A stretch of DNA of 63,986 bases, filler included, from Thelocarpon superellum (lineage: Eukaryota): NCBI GenBank assembly GCA_026025795.1. It is 10 parts of 10 records of this genome, joined end to end, with 100 filler letters (N's around TTAATTAATTAA, not from the genome) between each part and the next. Parts side by side here need not be neighbours in the genome. Positions count along the whole stretch, not along the records: positions 1 to 6,372 come from JAPEUG010000677.1; positions 6,473 to 12,833 come from JAPEUG010000678.1; 8 more parts are not named here. The stretch is one strand, 5' to 3'. A program made the position numbers and the translations under genes. Below are positions 1-11,400 of the stretch, in pieces (the first letter of the stretch is position 1; the number at the start of each line of letters is the position of its first letter). The notes beneath the pieces were generated by a model that saw only the letters and a list, made by a program, of their open reading frames with translations, ran no database searches and was not told the origin of the DNA.

Positions 1-39
1 GAAAACAACGCAACGCCCATGTCCACCGACAGCGTCCCA

Positions 40-975
40 TCATCGGCCGCCGTTGTCTGGAGGCCCTCCCATCGGGAAGGGCGGTGACCCCGCCGGAAAG
101 CCTCCAGGCGCGCCATTCGGGGGAATAGGGAGCCCTCCCGGCGGAGGCACAAAGCCAGGCGGAGGAAACTGGAAGTTTGGGGGAAGCCCTCCTGGAGGGG
201 GAAAAGGAAGTCCGCCGGGCAATAGTGGAGGAGGCCCGTTCACACCGCCAGGGGGAAAGGGTGGGAAAGGCATGCCACGTCCTCCGGGTGCTGTGTCAAC
301 TGTCAGGGTATCTCATCGTCGCGGGGGTTGAGAGATCCAGATAGCACGTACGAGGTGGTAGCCCGGGCCCGTTAGGACCAGGCATACCAAAAGGCGGGGG
401 AGGGAGGCCACCAGGACCACCTAGACGGGGCAATGTCAGCGAACGCGGAGATCGTGAAGATGTCATGGATCGTACCCGCAAAGGGAAATGGCGGAGGCGG
501 AAAAGGCTGTCCGGGTCCAGGCTGCTGAGCAAGCATGGGGTTCTGGCTTGACTGGCCTTCTGCCGCGTACGAGTTCGTAATGGAGTCGATAACAGACTGA
601 GCCTTTTCATGCCCAATCTCTGTTGCATCGTACGTTAGCTCAACGGACCTGTGACTGATCTCTGCCTGCATCCTCGCCGGCTGCCGACGACGGTGGAGGC
701 GAAGACTCGGCAGGTATTCGACTCACGTTGATAGTAATCTACCACATTCCGTAAATGATTTCGCCCGCTATTGTGCGCTTTGCGGACGCTCATGGAGTCG
801 TGGGTCAAGTAGACATCGCAGTAATCGCCTGCAACGATTAGTGGCAAGATTCAGGACGGGCAAGGGCGCCGGGGGAGTTGCCCTTGGTGACATGGGAAGT
901 CCCTACAGAAGAGTGCTGCGCGGTCAGCAAAGTCACCAAAGGAGAGACAGTTAGGGGAGACTTATATTTCGGCAT
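40..975 (-). CDS. YHC1: U1 snRNP protein C (U1-C), 6 exons including a 6-nt microexon and an AT-AC first intron
   Basis: Spliced product reads [57 protein letters not shown] (matrin-type zinc finger), then a Pro/Gly-rich tail ending DNGGR*. ATG at 975; first exons 975-966, 912-907 and 828-727. Confidence 0.95.
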
Positions 976-1429
976 CTTGCAGGTGGTTGATCAAAGACCT
1001 CTCAGCTGCTTGATTTTGGTGAAGTTCATAATCTTTGGAATGACTGACATGTCTGCGTCGGCGTGAGGCCTTCCCTAAAATGTTCGCGGATTTCGGTTGC
1101 GGTCACGTGCCATGTAAATAATCGTGCGAGGGCCCAACCTCCTACGCCCAAGTACTAGTACTACTAGATTCTACAACCACGTTCATCGGACCACATTAAA
1201 GCCCTTGGGTTCTTCGGGAAGTATCGTGAACTCTTCGCTCACGATATATCATATGTATACAAAAGAGAAGACCTGTCAGGTATCGCATGGCATGAATGAG
1301 GAGCTGATCAACCCATCAGTGGCGAGACGCCTCAACATGGTACAAAAAGTCGGTGGTAGCATGCCCCCTCATGATATCCAAGTCCAGATATTGTTCCAGG
1401 AGCCATCCGGAATTGCCAAGAGACACGCC

Positions 1430-2898
1430 CTATTCTTTCTTAAATACCTCGGGCTCGAGGCCGCCGTAGATCTGCGAGTTGGATTAGCGCCGCGCGGGCA
1501 CGGCTGCGGAAGATCTCATGCATGACTGACCGTCTCCACCATGATGCCGGTGATCTGATACGGATCGGCATTGCTCGCGGGCCGGCGATCCTCAAAGTAG
1601 CCGCAGCCTTCCTTAGCCACGGCCGCGCCGATGCGGATGCTTGCGCCGCGGTTGGCGATGCCGTAGCTGAAGGTGTCGATGGAACCCGTTTCATGGTTGC
1701 CCGTGAGTCGCAAGGCGTTGTCGGCCCCATAGACGGCGATGTGCTCCTCGTGGCGGGATTCAAGGCGCTTAATGGCCGCCTCGATGTGCTTCATGCCGCC
1801 CGGCTGCCGCATCTCCTCGGACGAGACATTGGTGTGAAGGCCCGCACCGTTCCAGTCACCTGGAATGGGCTTCGGGTGGAAGGAGATCTTGGCCCCAAAC
1901 TCCTCTGCCACACGGTGGAGGAGGAAACGCGCCATCCAGAGCTCGTCGCCCACTGGGCCCACGTCAGTCGGCCTTGGTCACAGAGGCAGACAGGGTAGCG
2001 GGGCCACATACGGCTGATGCCTTCACAAGGTCCCACCTGGAATTCCCATTGGCCCGGCATGACCTCGGCGTTGACACCCGAGATGCGAATGCCGGCGAAC
2101 AAGCATGCCTTGTAGTGGGCCTCGACAATGTCACGGCAGAAGACCTTGCCGGTACCGACACCGCAGTAGTACGGACCCTGGGGCCCCGGGAACCCACCCT
2201 TGGGCCAGCCGTAGACGTTGTCGAGCTCGTCAAATAGCGTGTATTCCTGCTCGAGTCCGAACCAGGTCTTGTGCTTGGCATGGGCCTCCATCAGTCGTGC
2301 GGCGTCGTGTCGGTGGTTGTACTTGTTGGGCGATCCGTCATTGTCCCAGCATTCGGTGAGGACGAGGACGTTGGGAGCACCGCGGAAGGGGTCAGGATAC
2401 ATAGCGACGGGACGGATGTAGACGTCCGAGTTATCGCCGCCAGCCTGGCCCGTAGACGAGCCGTCAAAGTTCCACTCGGGGAGATCTTCGACGCTCTTGG
2501 GCTCCGCCTTGAGCGTCTGCACCATGACTCTTTGTCAGCCTGGTCCAGCGGTCGGCGGGTGCGGTAAGCGTGGGTGGAGGCGGAAGGAAGAAAGAGATCC
2601 AGAAATCAGATAGGAGGGAACAAGATTCAACGCGTTATCGACGCGACGCAGGCCGGACGAACCTTGGTCTTTGAGCGGACTCCGTTGCTGCTATCGATCC
2701 AGATGTACTCCGCCATCACACTCCCCTTCTGGTCGAGGCTCATGAACTTCATGAGCTGCAAAGAGGGTCAGCAAGAGCCGTCATCGATCGAGACGAGCAC
2801 ACTCACGTTCTCGGTATTGGAGACAAACTTGCTTTCGGCCTGCTTATGGTGAGCGAACGCCTCCATCGGAGCTGCCGCCGGAAGACAACACTCACCAT
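1430..2898 (-). CDS. glnA: Glutamine synthetase type II
   Basis: ATG-only first exon (ATG|GTGAGT). Spliced [33 protein letters not shown]...[11 protein letters not shown]...FGLEQEY...[15 protein letters not shown]...[10 protein letters not shown]...RLTGNHET...[14 protein letters not shown]; last exon [13 protein letters not shown] with TAG at 1432-1430. Confidence 0.96.
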
Positions 2899-3705
2899 GG
2901 CTGCGATGAGAGCGAGGGATCAATGTGCGAGATTCGGTAGGGTCCAAGAAATAGAGAGGATGAGGGTGCAATGAAGCTCAGTGGCGATGCGGCGGATGAT
3001 AAACGTATGGAAGTGTTGAGGGCTGAGTGAGGTCAGGAGGCGTGGGTGATCCGTGCGGAGAAAGTGGCGGCGAAAGGATCTATTTAGGTGTGGCCAGGGA
3101 TCATCCACACAGTGACGGCTGTTGCATTTCGCGAGCTTTTGCTGGTTTGCTGCTGGGCGACGAGAATGGCGGGCCCGACTAGGTCAGTCTGGGCAGTTGA
3201 GCGGGGCTAGTCCGCGTGTCACCGCGTCTGCAACAGACCGACGACACCTACCACGCCGAATCACCACCCATCTCCTCCGCCCTCAGCTCTCGTATCCTGT
3301 TTGTCCGCCACCGCACGCAGGGGTGTGGGGTGACGAGTAAGGACGTCTCGCCGATAGTGGAACGCCCGCGTGTGGCGTCCGGTTGCCCCACGCTTGAGGG
3401 CACGACCATCGCGCGAAGCAATAAATTACTCAACCGCCGCTGTCCCCGCGAGCATTACGTCGGCCCGCCGTGCAGTGGCAGGCCTTTGAATGTTGACGAC
3501 GCTAGCTTCATGGACATAATAGATGGGTGGAGTGTGTTCCATCGTTGACACATCTCGGGTTCAGGCTTCATACACCATGTGGCGATGGATGCTGTTTGGA
3601 GACATGTCCATGCTCTCCGCGCCACTGGGAGCGCCCTTCTACCGGCAAGAACGTGGCGCTCGTAAGGAGTTGCGGAGCTACGGATAGTTCTGAGTATCGT
3701 AGTAT

Positions 3706-3812
3706 GATAAGCCAGATTGAATTGGACTGCGCATACCATACCGCCACCATCACTGACGACCTGACTCACCCGTGCCAGGCCTCGTCACTCGCTGCCGGGA
3801 CGTTCCCTTATC
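3706..3812. promoter_or_regulatory. Candidate AreA-type GATA sites and a CpcA/Gcn4 site upstream of glutamine synthetase
   Basis: GATAAG at 3706-3711, perfect TGACTCA at 3762-3768 and CTTATC at 3807-3812, clustered about 0.8-0.9 kb upstream of the GS start. These are short motifs and could occur by chance. Confidence 0.3.
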
Positions 3813-6372
3813 GCGACTACTGGGCTCTGGCATTTTACCCACCGACAGACATCCTCCGCGTCTCGTCGGTTTGAGAAGCGACCTCTGCGCGATGTTGAGG
3901 TCCATTCAATGCATACACCTACTGACGGAGCTCCCTTCCCCACCTCCCCACTCTTCCGCCCACCAACACGACCACGGCCCCGATTTAGCGTCGGAGACGA
4001 TCCGCCTAGAAAACGACGGTGCGGAAGGCCGCGGCTCGCCAGCAAACGAAAGTTCTGTCCCTGCTGGACCACCGATCCCGGCGCGCCGCCCTTGTCCGCA
4101 ATGTAGCGCGTCGGTCCTAGTCCGGCCGCGCACCAACCCCCATACTCCATGACCCAAGCAAAATGCTCGCTCTTTCGCTCCTGTGCAAGGCGATAAGGCC
4201 TGTGCCCATGATTCGTTACGGTCCCCACCAAAGCCCACGCGATCAGTTAATGGGTCAAGCCATGCCAGACTCTGTGCACACCAGCACACCACGTAATTCC
4301 TCACGGCGCTCGGTCGAAGCGAAGGTCGGCGAACCTCTACGCGAGCCTCCACCGCCACTGACCCTGGCATGGGGAAGATCAGCCGTCAGTTGAAGTGCTG
4401 TTGAAGAAGCCGGTTTCGGCTACCGCCGGTCTAGTACCAGAGTGCAAATCCATTACAACATCGCCGTCACCTTTCAATCTCGACGTGGCTCAAACCATTG
4501 CGTTTGGCCTGCTGACGTCCTACCTCGGGAGTAAAGGGGACGTCAGCAACCACAACTCACCAGCATTTTCTTCCCGGAAAATTTCGGGCAGGATAGCACT
4601 GCCAGTGTTTCGCGGATTGGGCCCGGATATCCCGAGGGGGTTTCGCTCACGGAAAATCTGGCAGGGATCGCTCGTGGCTTCGGGAAGGGTTCCGCTAGAT
4701 TACATAAGCAACATCAATGCTTCTTTTTAGGGAAATCCTTGATGACTCTTCAACGCCAGTCCAACCGCGAAGTATGCGTCAGGAGGTGGGCACAGAGTCT
4801 CTTGTCCTGGCAGTACCTGGAAAAGGATCGGGCTACATTCCCGGTTCCTCTCCCCCGGTCGATTGCTCCCGAATTCACCGACGCACCGGCACATGTGTAT
4901 TGTTCCCCACGAGGCTACAGACAGACCGGCAGAAACGAGGTCTGCCACGGGCTCTCGATGCTTTTTGGTGAAATCTGCAGACGAAACAGTCATGAGAAAG
5001 TAGCGAATGTCTTTACTACCAGTAGTTTCATTTGACACCAATTGAATGGCACATGACTTTGACGTGTAAAGCAACACGTGATATTCGGGTGCTCAACTGT
5101 TTGTCTGGAGCTCATCAGCGGTGCCTCGGTGCGATGGACAGAAATTACCTCGTCTCTGCCGTTGGCAGCTCTTGGTGGCGGTAGTGGTGGTTTGCTCGAG
5201 GCAGCTGAAGCCCGACCTGACGCCGTATTTTCCACGAGGTCGCACTTCGGACCGTCTTCCGTCGACCCACGTTGTCCACATGGCTGTTGGGCCGACCGGG
5301 ATCGAGGGGGATCGGCTCCCTTGCCGGAAACCATGCAGTCAACCTTATCACGATGACGACGGAAGTGTTGTACCGGTTGGAGCCCCGATTGGCCTGCCCT
5401 GATGGGGCCCAACGGATTGCTTCGATGATGTCTGCGTAGCACAGAGAGCGATACATGTAGCGGGATCCAATCATGCAGTGCCACAACCAGCAGAGATCCA
5501 GGGCGATCACTTCCAAGGCGTGACCGGGGAAGAGTTCCTCTTTCCATGGCAAACGCCGAAGCGTACTTGGAGAGGATGAGAAGAGCTTGATCGAGTCAAC
5601 GCTTGATCCACCCCACGCAAACGGATCGAGAGACCGGCGAGGAGTCATTTAAGAGAGCGAACGTCCTGTAGACCTCGATCGCATGCAGCAACTTGCTCGA
5701 TATTGTTCATGATGATGATGTATTCCTCCCTGTACATATCGGTCACACCGTGTTAAACTGACCCACAATGACACAGGCATCGATGGGTGATGCCTCCGAA
5801 TGACACGACGACACAACAACGCACACCAGTACCGCCAGTACCGCCAGTACTGCCAGTAACGCGCACCAGCGCGCGAGTCTGCGACGTCTCCGGGCCCGAG
5901 ATGGATCATCGTCTTCACGTTCCTGGTCCCAGCATCCGAGAAATCTTTTGCCCGCGAAGGAAGAGCCGCGATAACCGTTGACAGCCTGGGTGGCGACGGG
6001 GAGATTCTCGAGGCGCCGGAATGTGCTGGGTGGAGAGTGTTTTTCATCGCACCTGTCAGCACTGGGGCCGAAATCGCAACACCCAGCCCTGTGTGCGCGT
6101 CGATGGCGTCTCGCCATGCGGAGATCAGCAGTCCATGGGGACCGTCAGCGTGGACAGCAAATGTCCCGCGTGCTGCCGTCGAGAGCAAATCGGCGGCGGA
6201 TCACCCTTTGCGCACCTTTGGGGGGAAGGTCGCCGGCCTGTGAGTAGAAGATACAGTTGCCGGATGATGGTGTGGCCGACGAGCTCCCAAGATATTGATG
6301 GACGGTGGAGGCTCTAAATGAGGCCGACAAAGCCGCTGGATCGCGAGATATGAAGAGGAAGAAGGTGCAGCG

Positions 6373-6472
6373 NNNNNNNNNNNNNNNNNNNNNNNNNNNN
6401 NNNNNNNNNNNNNNNNTTAATTAATTAANNNNNNNNNNNNNNNNNNNNNNNNNNNNNNNNNNNNNNNNNNNN
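6373..6472. other. Artificial contig spacer
   Basis: N44-TTAATTAATTAA-N44; the linker has stops in all six frames. Confidence 0.99.
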
Positions 6473-6918
6473 AAGTGACAGGCAATTCCATGTGTTGCAA
6501 TGCGCGATACATCGTAGAGCGAGTATTCTGACACTGACAGTGCGCGACCCACCATCTCCACACATGATTCTTCCTGACGGGGTCCATGCGGGTCTTTCAT
6601 CATTGCCGCAAGGCATGGCCTTCCTTTGTCTGCTTGACTTGAAAAGTCACACCAACTACCACGAGATTGGATGTTGAACTGGACAGTCATCTTGTTGCTC
6701 TGCGCCAATGAAGCGTTGGGAAACATGAAGCTGGATGAAACATTTCGATGATCTTGCTATTTGGACCCTCAATGATCCGGCAACGCACGAAGCAGCCACG
6801 AAGTATCGAGAAACATTCTGGTTCCTCATCAGACCCCAGCGGTATCTCTAACACTTCATTGGATTTCCCGACCACTCCTTCGAGCCTATCCTTCGCTTCT
6901 CAGTACGATCCGTTCAGC

Positions 6919-8118
6919 ATGTACTCCTTTCGTCCGCCTGTGTTCCCTTCCTTCCTCTAGCAACAGCCTACGCATGGCCAGATTACCAAGGCGCGAGACA
7001 AGGAAGTCTCATGAGGGTACGTGCAGCCCCTTCCACACGACATGTCGACGGCGACAGAGACGCTCGTTGCCGCGTTCGAAGCAGTCGTGCTGATGCTAGA
7101 AACAAAGATGTCTCGCGCACGGCCTACATCGGACGCCATAGTGGCGGCCGCGAAGTCCTGGTCGGCGAATTCTTGGATTCCACCCAGCGCTGAGGGATTC
7201 TTTAGCTCCGTCCATACTGGAGGTCAGGAGGTTCCGTTGCTCATGGACACGGGCTCCTGGATGACGTGCGATCTCCGCAAGTCTCATCCAGCTTGACGTG
7301 AAGATGCTAATCTTTCGCCTCTACAGTTGTCATCACCAAAAAGGTTCCTTCAGACAAATCTGGAAATAATCTGACCGGCTTCGATCCGACCAAGAGTCCC
7401 ACTCTTGACATCACGGATACTCCGTGCGAATATGACTATGGCAGTGGGCCACTGGATCAAGCAACGTCGGGCGTAGTGGGCGTGGGCGTGGGCGTGGGCG
7501 GGGCAGGACATGGCAACATGCTCGCCAGCCAGGTCTGGATCTATCTCATCGACAAGGTTTCGCGCCCATGAGAATGAGCGAACGCGACTGACCCAGCCCG
7601 GGCGGTAGTGCCGTGACTGACGCAGCTTGGTCTACAGACTCAGGAACCACGGAACTCGAGCTCAGCGCCTCATGGTACCAGACGTACGCCCAAGATGTGA
7701 CGGGCGCTTCCAGGGACGGCTCGCCCTACGCAGTTCCGTCTGACGGAGCCATTCCAGATATCTCCTTCACATCGGCTCAACCCAGATCACCATCCCGAGG
7801 CTTCTGGCAGCCTGGCGCAACCTGGATCCCAGTGGGACGGATGAAATCTTCTCACTCTTCCTCCTCTTTCCTCCTTCAGGGTCTTCCACTTATCTGCCCC
7901 CCCCCCTTTTGCGCGTTCCAGAATTACCCCTGACATTTGCGTCGTCACCAGACACCGATTGCCTCGGCGCGGTCGTGTGGAATACAGACAGCGGCTTGAA
8001 TCCCCCCAATAAAATCTTCGGCCGACCTTTCTTCATGTCTCATTTCGTGGTCTTTGATCACACCGGCGCTCGCGTCGGTATTGCGCCCAAGACACCGACG
8101 GGCCTGGTCCCCCCATGA
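6919..8118 (+). pseudogene. Degenerate pepsin-like (A1) aspartic protease
   Basis: LLMDTGS (7246), GFDPTKSPT...YDYGSG, TDSGTT (7637), and the C-terminal IFGRPFFMSHFVVFDHTGARVGIA. Only about 110 codons separate the two catalytic motifs, and the signal-peptide-like segment is out of frame with the ATG at 6919, implying deletion and frameshift. Confidence 0.65.
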
Positions 8119-8473
8119 TCTACTGACGTCACGCCCGAGATTTAGCTTTCTTGCTTCGCTTGACATGCTGCCGGCAGGCTTGGGATGTGCCCTCTTGCCC
8201 CGCGTGGGCTGCCGCCCTCGTCAAGGGCCTCAAGCCACTAATTGAGCCCGGGACGAGGAATAACCCTAATGAAGAGGCGAGCCCTCGAACGACAGGAACG
8301 CAAGGGACACGAGCCCTCCAAGAGCCACGCTGCGAGGGATCCGAGCCTCCTACAGAACGATCAGGGGAACCCTCCCCTTACCGGATGCGCCGACACCTAC
8401 ACTCAGATTACAAAGATTAGGAGGAGTAGTAATAGTAGAGAGTAGTAGAACTAGAAGTGATAGAGGTCCGCGC

Positions 8474-11400
8474 CTAGTCGCTCGCAAGCCACTCAGGCTC
8501 CGCATCGTCATCTTCAGGGTCGTGCGAGATGAGGGATTGGTCGTCTTCTTGGTCCGCTCTGTTCCCTGCTTCCTTTCCATCCCCTTCGTCGTTGGCCTCC
8601 TCGTTGGCCTCCTTGTTGGCCTCCTCGTTGGCCTCCTCGTTGGCCTCCTCGTTGGCCTCCTCGTTGGCCTCGTCGTTGGCCTCGTCTCTCTCACCTCCAC
8701 CTTCCTTTCCGTTGCCCACTCCCTCTCCTTCACCTCCTTGTACATTTGCCTCCTCCGTCCCTCCGCCCACGGTCTGATCTGGGGTAGGCTGCGGCTGGGG
8801 AGATGGTGGGAAAGGTCCGAGCGCCGGAGCTGTAGGTGGATTCGGATGCGGACTCGGGGCCGGGACTGGGGTCAGATGCTCGCGTCCTGCGACCGGCCCG
8901 GTAGGTAGATCCTGCCGTGTAGCTGAGCCAGGTGGTTTTGGAGATACGGCACCTGGGGATGAATCACTTGCTGCGGCTGCCGTCGTCGCGTCATGGCCTT
9001 GATCCGGAAAAGCGATCGAGCGTCGTTGTACAACCCCGCCATCTGGTCTTACAGTGAGGGCAAGTATCGGTGGAGATTCGTCTTCCGCTGGTGACGATCT
9101 GGCCTGGCGCGCTCGACGAGCTGGCGTGGTGGCTATCATCGCGGGATGGATTCGACTCCTTGAAGGGGTCGAAGGTCGTCGTACAGCTGAGCCGCGCGGT
9201 ACTTCAGAGGCGGCAGGTGGCAATGGAGATGCGTCATCTGGAGTGGACGATCGGGCCCGGCGGGGTCGACGAGCTGGCGTGGTGGCTATCATCGTGGGAT
9301 GGATTCGACTTCTCGAAGCCGTCGAACCTCGGGGGCCTGAACCTTGTGCTGGAGGTGCGCTTGGTGCCGATGGAGATGCGGCATCTCGCAAGAGAGGTGC
9401 GATCTGTTGCAGTGGAAAGGTGGCAGCTCGCAAGGGAGGTGCGATCGGTTCCCGTGGAGATGTGGCACCTCGCAAGGGAGATGCGATTTTTCGCGGTGGA
9501 CGAACTGCCGGTTTTCCTGTCAGCACGGCACGTTTGAGAGCCAGACGAGCGCGCCGCTCGTTCGCACGCGCGCGGATACAAGAATGGGGATGCAGCCTTC
9601 CTGGCGCCGGGAGCGAGCGGTAAGGGAGTGGGTGAATGATCTGCTCGACCTCGTCGACGATCAGACGCCAGCGAGGGGGCTTGCCCGCGGCTTTACTCGA
9701 GGACTTACACCCTGGAGACGGCGTGCGTGGCTGCGCTGCGACTGTGGATCCAGGATTCAATGGACCTGAGCCCGTTCCAGTCATCTCTGCGTCCCTCGTT
9801 GCGTCTTGTGCATCTTCCACTCCCTCATCTCCACCGTGAGCCGTGTGTTCTGGTTGTCCGGCTTGAGCAACGGGCCGCTCGAGGCGCGCTATCGTCGGTT
9901 CGGCCGTTTCTTCTCCTCCATCGGGGAAGAATCCACCGCCTTCGGTCTCTGGAAGGAATCCTCCGTCTCCCATCTCTGCATCTGGCATCTCTTCATCTGC
10001 CTGCTCGTCGTTGTCCACGTCCATCGCATTTTTCTCGCGTTCGCCGCTCTCTCCTTCAATCTGGTATCCATCGATGCGCTTTTTGATGCGGAGCGCTGCC
10101 ATGAAACGTCTCCACAAGCGGAGGGCAGCAATACTGGTCTTCCTGGCTTCGGCCTCAGCTCGCTCTTGTTGAAGTCCAAGCAGGACTGCTTCGACTGCCT
10201 CGTGATACTCGGTCGCGATGACGATGCCCTTGACCACGGCCGTGCCCTGGCGACCTTTGAACTCGAATCCAGTGACGGCGTCCGCGTAGTCGATTCCAAG
10301 TAGACGCGCTGCTGGCTTTGCCGCGGAATCTGGCCCGCGTCAGTGAGGTCAGTGATCACCGAAGACGCTGGGCATACCCGTCAGATGGACGCCACCCGAT
10401 GGCACCATACTTGGCACATAGACGTCCAAGTTGCCATACACGTTCCTCGGGACACGTCCGCCCACCACGGGTGGCGGTCGGTACGCCTCGGTCTGGAACT
10501 CGGCGTAGAGAGCCGTGCCGGCTGAAGCGTCATCCGAATCACCCTCATCCTGGCCCGGCCCACAGCTGGCTCTCCGCCGCCGGGTGACCGCTCGCTTCAA
10601 CGGCTGCTCACCAATCTAATAGGGGTCAGAAGTGCATCACTTTGCTATCGGAGAACTCACCTTGACCTCTCGCCCAAGCCGATACCACGCACCCCCACTC
10701 TTCACGGTCTTCACGTCGCGTCGTCGATAGACCGGCTCCAGCATCTTCCTCCCCTTGTTGGTGGGCGACTTGCCAGCCGCGACCTTGCCGACCTCTGTCT
10801 TTGGATGTAGTACCTCGTGCCGCCTGAGGTGACGCTCCAGGGCATAGATGGGATGATCCTTGAAGTCCTGCACGTTTCGTGGCATCGGCTCTTGGGCCTC
10901 TCGCGTCGCCAGTTCCGTGTCTTCGACCTGATCACGCTCCTGACCATGTCTTCAGTCAGCGCGAAGCTCCCAAAACATCAGCCGACAACGTACCAGAGAC
11001 CAGCCCCTGCTGTAGAATTCCAAGCATTTGTGCCACCACTCTGGGCCACCCTTGGTCGCCTCCACCCTTGTTTTGCGCGTCTTGGCGTTGAAGGCTTTGA
11101 CATATCGCCGCGTGACGTCTCGAGCATGTCCGTCTTCTTCAAAGGCGATGACATAGCTCATTCGATTTTCCGGATCACTGCCCGGAGGCTCAAACTTGGA
11201 CGGCTTGGCGATCGTTTTGGTGACCAGCGGATCCACAGGAATCCATTTCTGAAGTGCGGTGCTTAGCACCTCGACCCAGTAAATCGGGTAGCGTGACTCT
11301 CGGATCGGCTTTCGTCTCGGGGGCTCTGTGATTGACGATTGACGTCAGAACTCGAATCGCCAATGCACTGCGCACCGTGCTGCGCAGTGCGCACTTCACC

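Noticed and set aside
913..965. U12-type (minor spliceosome) identity for the AT-AC intron
   Set aside because: The 5' end is ATAAGT, not ATATCCT, and the 3' branch is GCTGAC. The CCCTAAC inside lies only about 10 nt from the donor, too close to serve as a branch point.
6417..6428. Regularly spaced TTAATTAATTAA as a biological repeat or CRISPR-like array
   Set aside because: Always embedded in N44 flanks; it is a six-frame stop linker added during assembly
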